Source: Catajapyx aquilonaris (lineage: Eukaryota). From it: a stretch of 64,000 nt of DNA. The position numbers and the translations under genes are program-made. The number at the start of each line of letters is the position of its first letter. The stretch's first letter is position 1. This document shows, piece by piece, positions 1 to 9,946 of this stretch. The stretch covers positions 1-64,000 of the forward strand of contig KZ538328.1 in NCBI GenBank assembly GCA_000934665.2, written 5' to 3'. Under the pieces are notes generated by a model that was given only the letters and a program-made list of their open reading frames with translations, ran no database searches and was not told the DNA's origin.

Positions 1-838
1 GGCCGCAGTGGCGCTTTCCCATGTTAAACTCGCATAGACGGTGGCGCCACTGCGGAATTTTTCCATGAGGCTCCGTACTTAGCCGTGGACCACTACTCAT
101 GGCTCGCGAGAAAATAATGGATAATTATGTTTGCCGAATTACCATTAATTTTAATGGAGCCAAATTCTTGGACATGTGACAGATGAAATGCCACGCATGT
201 TTTTCTGAGTGCATTTTCGAGTAAAACCAATTCCATAGGCGCATTATCATTTGATGTATAATATGTTGATTGGGTTTTGACCACTTCCAATAACGGCCGA
301 AAAAAATTATCCAAAAAAGGCCCCATTTTCAAATTTCGCGATTTTTTCCCTCCCCACGGTATTTAGCAATTTAGCTGAAACTTGATATACAGTGTTATGG
401 CACAGGTGAGTGCAGCTGTGATTATTTTCAGAAAAATCCGATATGGTCTAGCAACATTTAGGCGTCTTGATTGGGAAAAAACTTATATATTTGAGGACTT
501 TGGTTTTTTGACTGCGCCGAGGTCAAAAACAAATCAAAGACAAAATGAATGGTCATTATGAGTTACGAATGACCTAAGGAACATGGAACTAGCGATGAAT
601 TTCCATGGACAAAATAATATCGTGTTGCATAGTGTTATTTGTGTGGTTGAAGGTGAGGTTATACCTTATGTTGATTATAATATTGGTCACATATAGGGCA
701 TGCATGAGAATAATGCTTACAGAACAGATAGGTATTGATTATGATGCTAATCTACGTACACAGGGTGTTTCTTGCTAGCAGGTCAAGCCGCAAATGGAAT
801 CTTGCTTGGCCCAAACCAAGTCTAAATTGTAGGGGAGG

Positions 839-855
839 GAGAGAGAGAGGGAGAG

Positions 856-900
<45 letters not shown>

Positions 901-910
901 GAGAGAGAGA
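839..910. repeat. (GA)n microsatellite, imperfect
   Basis: Direct reading; lies in the left arm of the 761-2665 MITE. Confidence 0.95.
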
Positions 911-981
911 AATGTTGAGGGACCAACCGGTAACAACATAGGCGACCAGAAACATTGGCCTACCCCTAGACACATCATGCT

Positions 982-2272
982 CAGTGATGAGAAAGATCAC
1001 ACAAAAAATGATCTAGGTCAGACCCTAGATCCTTGAGCGATTTTCTATCTAGATATCACTTTAGATCCTTCATATCCGGGGGAGGTGTGGTGGCCGAGAT
1101 GGTAACGTCTCGGCTTGCTGAGTGAAAGGCCCCAGGTTCGATCCCCGCCTGGGGAACTTCCCTTCACCTGCGTCGGGAGGGTCTCTGACCTGCACCAAGG
1201 AGGTGTCTGGCAACCTAACCTCCTGGGGGACTGCGCATGGCCCAAAAGCCATAGGACAATGCACCTGCACAAGTGTCACCTCCCCAACAATCCCTTTCCC
1301 TACCCTATATCCTGAACCAGCCCTTGCACGGAGATTGAAGTAAAAACAGAAAACTGATGGTGGTATGCCACCCCCCTAAACTAGCCGAATGGCTCGAGCA
1401 CGGGGTATAAAATAAAAATAAAATAAGATCCTTCATATCCAGATTATCTAGATCTAGATCTAGATCTAATTAGATCAGATCGCACATTTGGAAGCATGCG
1501 ATGTAAATGAGCAGTCACATTCAGTTGAAATAGTTTAATGTTCTGCTACATAACATAACATTAATATTATACTTGCTTCGCTATAAATATATTCCAATAT
1601 ATTCCAATATATTCTAACAAATTGTTAGAATATATTCTAACAAATTGTTAGAATATATTGGAAGTAATGCATCAGCAATAACTTGCTGAGTAACATACAA
1701 GATACAATTACACAAGTACATGTATCACCAAAGTGTTTAATTCTGCTACCATTATCTAATATTAGTACTAACATGCCAATACTAATATACTATATAGGCT
1801 ATATTAACTATGTAACCTGATGCAATTGGAAAACAGGCATAATAATGTAAATACGCTGACATACTGACGATACTGTACATCTTGCCTATTCACCTGTGCC
1901 ATAACTTTGAAATGTAAACTCTGAATAATTGAAATATTTACTTAAGGTGAAGTGGGGTAATGCATACACGGGCCGCCATATTGGAATGAAAATGGCTGAC
2001 GACACCAAAACGCGTCACTATCAGCATCATTACTTAATTGCTCATTTTTGTATCATTTGCTTAATTGAATGATGTTTCAAGACGACATCGACATTGACGA
2101 AAAAAATTATCTGGAAAATTGTGATCTACAGATCATAGATCCCGTGGAAAAGGTATCTAGATAGAGAAAAAAATACCCGAATTTAAAAGTATCTAGATCA
2201 GATCAAAGATCGTGGGTTTGGGGATCTAGATCGGAGATCTAGATCATTTGATCTAGATCCTACCGAACACTG
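982..2272. mobile_element. hAT-like non-autonomous element with AGATCT/TCTAGA subterminal repeats
   Basis: Imperfect termini CAGTGATGAGAAAGATC and GATCCTACCGAACACTG; dense AGATC(T)/TCTAGA repeats at both ends. It interrupts the left arm of the 761-2665 element. Degenerate 8-bp flanks atCATGCt / caCATGCg. Confidence 0.6.
1078..1425 (+). mobile_element. tRNA-derived SINE, family A, copy 1
   Basis: Pol III A box TGGCCGAGATGG, B box GGTTCGATCCC, 3' (TAAAA)n tail. Perfect 15-bp TSD AGATCCTTCATATCC at 1063-1077 and 1426-1440. Homologous to 6078-6409. Confidence 0.92.
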
Positions 2273-3097
2273 CACATGCGGCAACACACTACGGTACGTC
2301 TCTTTGTAGGGAGATCCCTGACAGATGTGGACTCGTGCGCCTTACAGGCGCAGGCGTTGCCTATAGGGAGTCGGATATGAGCGTGATAATAATGACTGAT
2401 CGGATTTTGCGAGATCACCTCCTTTACAGAAGTGATTATCACGCTCATATCCTGCTCCCTAGGCAACCCCTGTAAGGCGCGCGGGTCTACCTGGCAGGTG
2501 ATCTCCCGCCAAAGAGACGTAGTGTGTGTTGCCGCATGGGTCTAGGCTCTAGGGGTAGGCCAATGTTATGGTCCTTTACCTCGTTACCTCCACATCCCCC
2601 CTACATTTTAGACTTGGTTTGGGTTGCCGGCAGCATGACCTACTACTGTAGTAAGAAACACCCTGTATTGCATCTGGAAATTTTTACTGTACCATACTGA
2701 TGAGCATTTCTTCATCTCATAAATTGAGATGAATTAGTGCACAATATCAAAATAATGAGATAAATGATGTCAGAGCTTGTTAAGCACGGCACCGATTTCC
2801 GTATGTACATATGCCGAGCAACAAATGGAGCTCCTATATCGAAACAAACCAAAACTAGACCAAAACTTCAGACATTATTTTTCTTCGCATTCCAAAACTT
2901 AAATCATTTAGATAATGTCTACAAGTTTTCGAGTTATATAGGGTTTCAAAATCCGAGCATTATTTTTCGATCACCCGGCCTGTATTTAATTTTTCTTTTC
3001 GGGCCATGACAACAGCTTGGCTCTAGTAATAGTTTAAAAAAAATAAAAATCGCCTCTATCATATCTACAACGTTTCCTCGACCTGACGACCCCTCCG

Positions 3098-3282
3098 CAG
3101 TGGCGGATCTATGGGGGAGGGGGGTGATCGGGGTGATCACACCCCCCCCCCCCNNNNNNNNNNNNNNNNNNNNNNNNNNNNNNNNNNNNNNNNNNNNNNN
3201 NNNNNNNNNNNNNGGGGGGGGGGGGGAGCGCGGCGACAAATCACCCTCCCCCCCCCAACAACGACGTCTAGATCCGCCACTG
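3098..3282. mobile_element. hAT-like G/C-rich MITE (contains N gap)
   Basis: Perfect 14-bp TIR CAGTGGCGGATCTA / TAGATCCGCCACTG; 8-bp TSD CCCCTCCG / CCCCTCTG (7/8, CpG-type change). Confidence 0.85.
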
Positions 3283-3741
3283 CCCCTCTGGTCCACGAAA
3301 TCTTTATTATTACCAAATCTGCCCATGTAGATTTGGGTTGAATTTCCCTCCCAAAACTTTCCTACTTATACTATAGTCTTATTTTTTTCTTCTGTTATTT
3401 TCTTTTTTGTAATTTTTACCTGCGACCCTTATAAAAACTTGTTCACGAGCCTGTTTTGAGTCGCGACCCAGAGGTTGGGAACTGCAGTCTAGATTAATTG
3501 GATGTGTCTATAGACTCTATAATTTCTTAAGAGGGAGATCAAGAGAATTGGTACTTTCTTCGAGTTCCAACTCAGTCTGGCCGAAAGAGGACTCGATGCC
3601 ACCCTCCCTACATAAAAGAAGGGTGGTCGCGTTTGCGGTTGACCATTCCCTCTACTCCTCTACACTCTTAGCTCTTTTACGCATACTTTACGCATATATT
3701 TCAAGCTATGCGTAAAGTCGTATGCGTAAATAAATGTATAA

Positions 3742-4046
3742 ACCGAAGCAGGTTGGTGTAGTGGATATGGAGTCCGCCTGCTAATCGGGAGGTCCTGGGT
3801 TCGAGGTTCGAATCCCGGTGCCGGCAACTCTGACCGTGGTTTTCTGTGGTTTCCCACGGTTCCTCCAGGTGAATACCGGAGTTGTTTCCTAGTTAATAGG
3901 CCACAGCCGCTTCCTTCCATCCCTATCCCGTCCCAAAAAGCGAAATAAAGTTTACAAGAGTTCCAGCCAAAAAAACAAATCTCCCCCCTAAAAAGCCAGA
4001 ACGGCTTCAATGGGGTATGAATTATTATTATTATTATTATTATTAT
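3742..4046 (+). mobile_element. tRNA-derived SINE, family B, copy 1 (nested in the CACTA-like element)
   Basis: A box TGGTGTAGTGG (3754-3764), B box with a 7-nt duplication GGTTCGA-GGTTCGAATCCC (3798-3816), (ATT)n tail. Perfect 15-bp TSD TAAATAAATGTATAA at 3727-3741 and 4047-4061. Confidence 0.92.
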
Positions 4047-4851
4047 TAAATAAATGTATAAGCGTAAATTGTGCATCAGCGTAAACCTAAGCATAACATC
4101 GTCCTAGGGACCTAGGGTAAGCGTAAAACTCTTGCTTTCAACGTTTTAAACGAAAATTTGCTGTATGCGTAATAAAGAGATGTTGTTTTAAACGTAAATC
4201 ATCTTTTTTATTACACATAGCACATCTCGTTTACGCATATCCTTCCTCTTTCCCCCTGGTGGCGGCGAAGTCAACTCTGACATACTGTGGAATATTCCAG
4301 AATGTGAGGAGACAATGGACACATTGTCACATAGTCAGTCTTCCTCGTGATTGTCCTAGTGATTTTATTTCCCCGGAGTGTCGGTGCGGAGACAAGACCG
4401 CCATGGAGGAAGTAGTGACAGTGGGGCAGCTGGCGGGGTTCCTGAGGCACAGCGGAAAAAACTTTTTCTGAGTGTAGGATACAATTGGTTATTCATTCCA
4501 TTCAGGAATTTACTTGAATTTTTGCTGGGCAGTAAGGAATACAGACTTGCATTCACACATCCTCCCAAGCCTGTAATGTCATCTCGAGGAGACATTCTAT
4601 GTGACTTTCAAGAGTACACGTTACAAGCAGAATCCCTTGGTACCGCTTTTGTTTTGTTTTTTGCCAGTGCTTTTCTTATATATAGGATTTATACCATTTG
4701 TAAAATGTTTGGTCATAAATTGTGACATCTGTCGTTTTTGTACAAGAATTCGTATGATCTATATAATTATATTCAGTTAGAAAGAATTTCTTCTGGGCAT
4801 ATTTTGTTTATTTATTGTCTGTGTATCCTGTCCATATATCCCTTCTATGCT

Positions 4852-5000
4852 TGTATCATCAGTCCAAAAAGAACTTTCCCAGTCATCCTGATGTGTGTGC
4901 TGCCCGCTCGACACACATCATGTAACTTACATGGTGTGTGTCAAGCGGGCAGCCCACACGTCAGGATGACTGGGAAAGTTCTTTTTGCACTGTTGATACA
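4852..5000. repeat. ~149-bp near-perfect palindrome (hairpin / small MITE) inside the CACTA-like element
   Basis: CAAAAAGAACTTTCCCAGTCATCCTGA...GCTGCCCGCT...GACACAC.CATGTAA-C-TTACATG.GTGTGTC...AGCGGGCAGC...TCAGGATGACTGGGAAAGTTCTTTTTG; 1-nt loop and few mismatches. Confidence 0.85.
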
Positions 5001-6077
5001 CAGAGGGAAGAAAACTGATCAGATGACAAACGTATTAGACAGTTGGATATGTCAAAGGAATATGTATAGTCCCATGACAAATGCCTAACTTGCATTTGCC
5101 TATGCTTAAACACAACATTATATACTCTGTGTACTTTAAATCATTTAAGATTCTGATTATTATGAGTAATTATTGTTGTATACTGTACACAGGTTTCATG
5201 CAGAATGTGTGTGTGTATATATATATAACATATGGGAACAAATCAGGACTCTTATATTACGGACAGAAAGCACCAAACACAGTAAAAAACAGGGTTTTGC
5301 ACGGTTATTCTTTTTTGACAATGACTGAATAAGCAACAATGAATAACCATCCGAAATCCAGAAGCGTAACAGATTTACACATAAGATACGCGTAAAAGAC
5401 TATCAGCGTAAGACATTTACACGTAAAGCAAGTGTAAAATATATTATTATTAGTGTAAATAGTTTACACATAAGGTAAGTGTAAAAAAACGCTTTTTTAC
5501 GCTTATTCAAGAGTAAAGTATGCGTAAAAGGGCTAAGAGTGTAGGCACAATAAAAATCGTGAAAATTAGTTGATCTCCCACCCCACGACAGAGTACAAAT
5601 CAGTCAAATTTTGACAAAATTATTATTTGCCGAAAACCTACAGCTAAACATAAAAATCGGATTCGTAGGTCTAGAGCACCTCTTTTTCCTGCATTTTTGG
5701 GTGTTTGTTACGACATCACTTAAAATTTCACGCCGGTGTAAATTACTCCCGCATGCAAATGACTTTTTAAAAAATCTATATTAATAATATGGGAAAAGTA
5801 TCACGAACATGTGTAAGAGAGAGGTCAGTTAGACTTACACAGAAAAAATTTCGGTTCTGCTGTTGCTCGTGCTGTTGTTATTTCGCGAGAATTTTACTCC
5901 CAACTTCTCTTTATCCCCCCCTTAAGACTTTCAGTGCGCACAGGATTGGTGCGTTGTGAAAATTTTTATTCTTTGGCAACTTTTAAATAAGCAAAGAGTG
6001 ATCATGCACCTTATACTGTAATTTATTAATGTCCGTTAGCCAGAACTCTCTGATTTAAATAGCATTAAAAGCATTTT

Positions 6078-6409
6078 TGAAAGGTGTACCCCATGAGACT
6101 AATGTTCGGGGGGGGGGGGGGNGGTGGAATACCACCATGTTTCCATTTTTTTTCTTCGAACTCCGGTGCAGGGAATCAAGGACATTGGGGAAGGATTGGG
6201 ATTTTTGGGGAGGGAACATAGGTGCAAGTGCAATGTCGGTAAAAGGGTCATGTGCTGTCCCCCAGGAGGTTAGGTTGCCAGACACCTCCAAGGCGCGGGT
6301 CAGAGACCCATCCTGACGCAGGTGAAAGGGAACTCCCAGGCCGGGCTCGAACCTGGGACCCTTCACTCAGCAAGCCGAGACGTTACCATCTCGGCCACCG
6401 CACCTCCCA
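6078..6409 (-). mobile_element. tRNA-derived SINE, family A, copy 2
   Basis: Reverse complement matches copy 1 (GGTGGCCGAGATGGTAACGTCTCGGCTTGCTGAGTGAA; GGTGTCTGGCAACCTAACCTCCTGGGGGAC). Perfect 15-bp TSD CATTAAAAGCATTTT at 6063-6077 and 6410-6424. Confidence 0.92.
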
Positions 6410-7623
6410 CATTAAAAGCATTTTACAACTTTGCATTATTTTGAATTGGCTGAAAAATGCATTTTTGCTCCATTAAAGTGTAACATTGAATGAGGAATCT
6501 TTATTATTATTATTTAATCACTTTTCTAGTAATATGATCTCAATGTTTCAAATATTTTTGAATGATTCCTCTTCAGTTCTATTGAAACAGACTGGTGCTA
6601 CTTTTTGCGCTGCATACTGTACATTATTTTTACTGTTACAATGCGGCAAATGCCTCGCACTTCGATGGGTAAATGCCGGTAAAATAATGCAATGCATGTC
6701 TTATTCTGAATTCATGATCATTTTGTTCTCTGAAAGCAACTGCCTATTTGGCACAGTTTCTCAGGCATGTGGATTATATTTTTGGCTGAAAGAAAGCCAA
6801 ATACAGTAATATTTTATGACTGAAATGGGATTCGAATTGTTGACTGCATATGGCACCATCTCCGTCCAAGGTTACTTACCAATAGGTCAAAGGTAAATGG
6901 GTCATCCTTAGAGGATAATGTTGTAACCATCTGCTTACGCTGATGATCCACTACATTTAAGGCTTGTGAAAGGCAAAGTCATTTTTGCCTGAAATGGTAG
7001 GCTACTCGGTTTTGCGACGTTCTCTGCCACCGTCTCCCATTGTCTTAACTTTCGTAATGGTCAAACTTGCCATCGTTTCCTTGACATATACGGTACCCTA
7101 TGCACAAGGTTTACTCCACGAATTTATCTCGAAGGGGGTGAAACTGAAAATCGAGCATTGTAGTTACTTTTCCACAATGCTGCTGCATAGACTATATCGC
7201 GTTTTAAATATCGGCTTTACCACAATAAGGAATGGTGATGAGCTGAGTGAGTGGTTCGTGTGATTGCTGTGACTCTTTGTGTCATATTGTCCCATAATTT
7301 TGGAGACTGGGCTGCGCACATTGGCCCCGTAGAGTCTGTTTGTCGCCCATTTCGGTTTTGGGCTATGGCCGGTACCGGTACCGGCCTGTAGAGCCATTCG
7401 GTCAGGATTCCTGCTCATGGGCTACTGCAGTAGAGCAGAGCACAGCAGAATACAACGAGAAAGAGGAGGACATACATTGTATTTCGTTTTTTTTCTCGGA
7501 CTTTTCTTTTTGTAAATGTTCTACATTTCTCAAAAAGATGGAGTCGATTTTGCATTGACACCAAATGCAAAATCTCATTCCTTTGAACGGTGTAGAGTAA
7601 CGGTTACCAGAGATGACGTTATG

Positions 7624-7903
7624 CAGTGGCGGATCCAGGATTTTTTTTCTGGGAGGGGCACAAGGGAACTTCTCGTGGGGGGGGGNNNNNNNNNNNNNNN
7701 NNNNNNNNNNNNNNNNNNNNNNNNNNNNNNNNNNNNNNNNNNNNNNNNNNNNNNNNNNNNNNNNNNNNNNNNNNNNNNNNNNNNNNNNNNNNNNNNNNNN
7801 NNNNNNNNNNNNNNNNNNNNNNNNNNNNNNNNNNNNNNNNNNNNNNNNNNNNNNNNNNNNNNNNNNNNNNNNNNCCCCCCCCCCCCCCCTAAATCCGCCC
7901 CTG
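7624..7903. mobile_element. hAT-like G/C-rich MITE (contains N gap), same type as 3098-3282
   Basis: Termini CAGTGGCGGAT / ATCCGCCCCTG; perfect 8-bp TSD ACGTTATG at 7616-7623 and 7904-7911. Confidence 0.88.
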
Positions 7904-8404
7904 ACGTTATGTTGTCACTGCAATGATTGTTTTAATCGAACGTCGCCGATTGGCAGGGGGCTATGTAGGGTGATTGCAAGTAATGTAAATTAACTGCAAC
8001 CATCCTCGACCACGTCATGAGTTGGAGCTTTGACGCAGCGGCGCGGCGCGGCGCTTCGTGGGTTACCACCAATCCAACTCAAACCACGGTCGTTGCAGGG
8101 TAGGTGCAACGGCAGTCGCGTCGCGTCGTGTGCTACATTGTATCAATAATTACAGGGGTCATACACTCGTTAGTGCTTTAATTATTGTCCCGAAGTTGTA
8201 CTTGCATCCCATGGTGCTGATTATCCTGTATCTGAATGGCTACCTTTCAACCAACTAGGGGACTGGTGAATTAAGCATCCATACATAGCAACAGTGAAGG
8301 CATTGCTTTCTTGAAAAAATGGTGAATTAAATATTGCATTTCCCCCATATAACGAATTCCCGATTATAACGCTACTTTTGGGCGATCCCTTGGAGAGCGT
8401 TATA

Positions 8405-8831
8405 CAGGGTGTATCTGAACTCAGTGCCCCGACGTATATGACTGCCTTCCAGCCACCAGAGGATCAACTTATGTAGAGTCATTATGTCTGGGCAGCCTCA
8501 TTACTGAGATACACTCTTTAGCGATTTTTGCATAATCGCTCCTTCTGACTTTTAAATAGAATTTTCTGGTGTAACTAGCCAATGAGGCCTTACCACCTGT
8601 GGGCAACAAACCAACAAAGTCCGTCCCCCAGACCTTCCAGAGCCTTCTGACTGGGGGAGGGTTCGATGGGTGGCCTAACCGACAGGATATTTTGTACTAC
8701 ATGTTTGCGGCCAATTATCTCAGTAATGCGGCGGCCAGACATAATGACTCCTATATACTTAAATCGATCCTCTGGTGGCTAGGAAGGCAGTCATATACGT
8801 CGGCCGGGGCACTGAGTTCAGATACACCCTG
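8405..8831. mobile_element. Tc1/mariner-like MITE with ~110-bp TIRs
   Basis: CAGGGTGTATCTGAACTCAGTGCCCCG...GACGTATATGACTGCCTTCC...AGCCACCAGAGGATC...CATTACTGAGATA is mirrored at 8717-8831. Flanked by TATA on both sides. Confidence 0.9.
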
Positions 8832-9439
8832 TATATCGAGATTTAGTTTGGCCTGCAGTAACTGTAGACTATTCAAAATATTCGTGCAAAGTGTCATTGG
8901 GCACCTTATTGTTTAAATGTCACATATAAGTTAATGTATAAGAATGGCCACAATCGCTCAAAGTCGTTATTTTTTTATCGGAGAGTAAACAGAGAAAAGT
9001 GTCAATTTTTGGTGACCCTGCGTGATGACGACTATGAGAATTTTTTGGGGAAGTAAGTGTTCCATTAAAAAATTGAATTTTAAACCATCTATGGTTCCAA
9101 CATTTTCGCGTCAGCCTAAGGCTTTTTAATCGAGTTATTTATGATCGTTTGCAATTAAGATCAGAAAAATTCGTAGATTTCAATGTCGGCATGGTAACTA
9201 TTTCTGCAGAAAAATTTCTGGACTGACCCATCCAAATTAGACCATGCAGCCCATCAATTCCCGTATTAATTTACATGGTCGCATCTGGTCGCATCAGATC
9301 GCATACCTGTGCTGCTGTGCAGTCCGATGTGCTGTTGTGGTGTTTAGATCCAGAGACAGATGGCAGGCAGCTATTAGAAGGAACCCGCGTGGTGGATGCC
9401 TCTAAATGGAGTCGGCAGATGGAAGCCCCTCTGGCTGAT

Positions 9440-9795
9440 ATGGTCCTGGGACTTCCCCCAAGTCGTCACAGTGACGTCACGGGATATGCGCCGGGGAGCC
9501 AGGCAGGAGAGGGAGGGAGGAAGAGCGGGAAGAAGGAGGGTCGGTGGGGGAGTCGATCAGGTGTGGGAAGACTACTCAGAGTGGAGTTGGCCGGAGAGAG
9601 ACAGTCGGTCGGGCGCAGTAGACGGCGTAGGTAGGTGAGGTCGACCAGCTGACCTTTCCGATCGGGCATTGCAGTGCCCATGCTCGCCGTCAGACTTCGA
9701 CCCAGGCCCACGACCACATATCATCAGGTGTGGTGATACATACAGTGCGGAGTGCAGGACTCGTTATCGGAGGAAGACAGAACAGAGGGGACAAC
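9440..9795 (+). promoter_or_regulatory. Probable proximal promoter / 5' UTR of the glypican gene
   Basis: GC- and purine-rich stretch directly upstream of the ATG, contrasting with the AT-rich TE-laden DNA further 5'. Contains a kappaB-like GGGACTTCCC (9448-9457) and CRE palindrome GTGACGTCAC (9471-9480). The TSS cannot be placed from sequence. Confidence 0.5.
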
Positions 9796-9946
9796 ATGGC
9801 CAGGATTGTGTTGGTGCTGTTGGTGGTGCTTGGGACTGTGGTGGTTGGCAAGCCCTCGGAGAAACCCGGGGTCGCCCCTGGACACGATTGCCATGCCCTG
9901 CAGGATATGTTTGGTAAAGATGCGGCCGCACACGTGAGCACGTCTG
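9796..9946 (+). CDS. dally: Glypican (Dally/GPC3/GPC5-like), coding exon 1: signal peptide and first conserved Cys
   Basis: ATG at 9796 in ACAACATGG context. Reads MARIVLVLLVVLGTVVVGKPSEKPGVAPGHDCHALQDMFGKDAAAHVSTS, a basic residue then hydrophobic core typical of a signal peptide, with one Cys. Ends G|GTGAGT (donor 9947, phase 1) and joins exon 2 in frame. Confidence 0.85.

Larger units (their letters stand above)
761..2665. mobile_element. Tc1/mariner-like fold-back MITE carrying nested insertions
   Basis: Termini CAGGGTGTTTCTT (761) and AAGAAACACCCTG-TA (2665); the left flank is CA rather than TA. Inverted arm blocks CCCAAACCAAGTCTAAA/TTTAGACTTGGTTTGGG, AACATTGGCCTACCCCTAGA/TCTAGGGGTAGGCCAATGTT, CATGCGGCAACACAC/GTGTGTTGCCGCATG and GGATATGAGCGTGATAAT/ATTATCACGCTCATATCC put the symmetry centre near 2410. 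Confidence 0.8.
3663..5541 (+). mobile_element. CACTA/EnSpm-like DNA transposon, internally deleted
   Basis: ~28-bp TIRs CACTCTTAGCTCTTTTACGCATACTTTAC and GTAAAGTATGCGTAAAAGGGCTAAGAGTG (1 mismatch), TA on both flanks (3661-3662, 5542-5543), and many TTTACGC/GCGTAAA subterminal repeats. A possible transposase remnant lies near 4480-4612. The superfamily call is inferred from the CACT terminus, 2-bp TSD and subterminal repeats. Confidence 0.78.

Noticed and set aside
1..95. 12-bp inverted repeat (3-14 / 44-55) and a TAGTGGTCC-type end near 95 suggesting a small MITE
   Set aside because: Truncated by the window edge; the left TIR and TSD cannot be seen.
1078..1160. tRNA-like sequences at the SINE heads (also 3742-3825)
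   Set aside because: A/B boxes are present but there is no proper acceptor stem, and each continues into a repeat body with tail and TSD; not tRNA genes.
1122..1343. Similar ORFs MKGPRFDPRLG... (1122-1343 +) and MKGPRFEPGLG... (6055-6366 -) look like a paralogous peptide family
   Set aside because: Both are translations of SINE family A copies; similarity is at DNA level with Pol III boxes and TSDs.
394..1905. 16-bp inverted match GTTATGGCACAGGTGA (394-409) / TCACCTGTGCCATAAC (1890-1905)
   Set aside because: Does not extend and crosses the boundaries of separate nested elements; no structure can be assigned.
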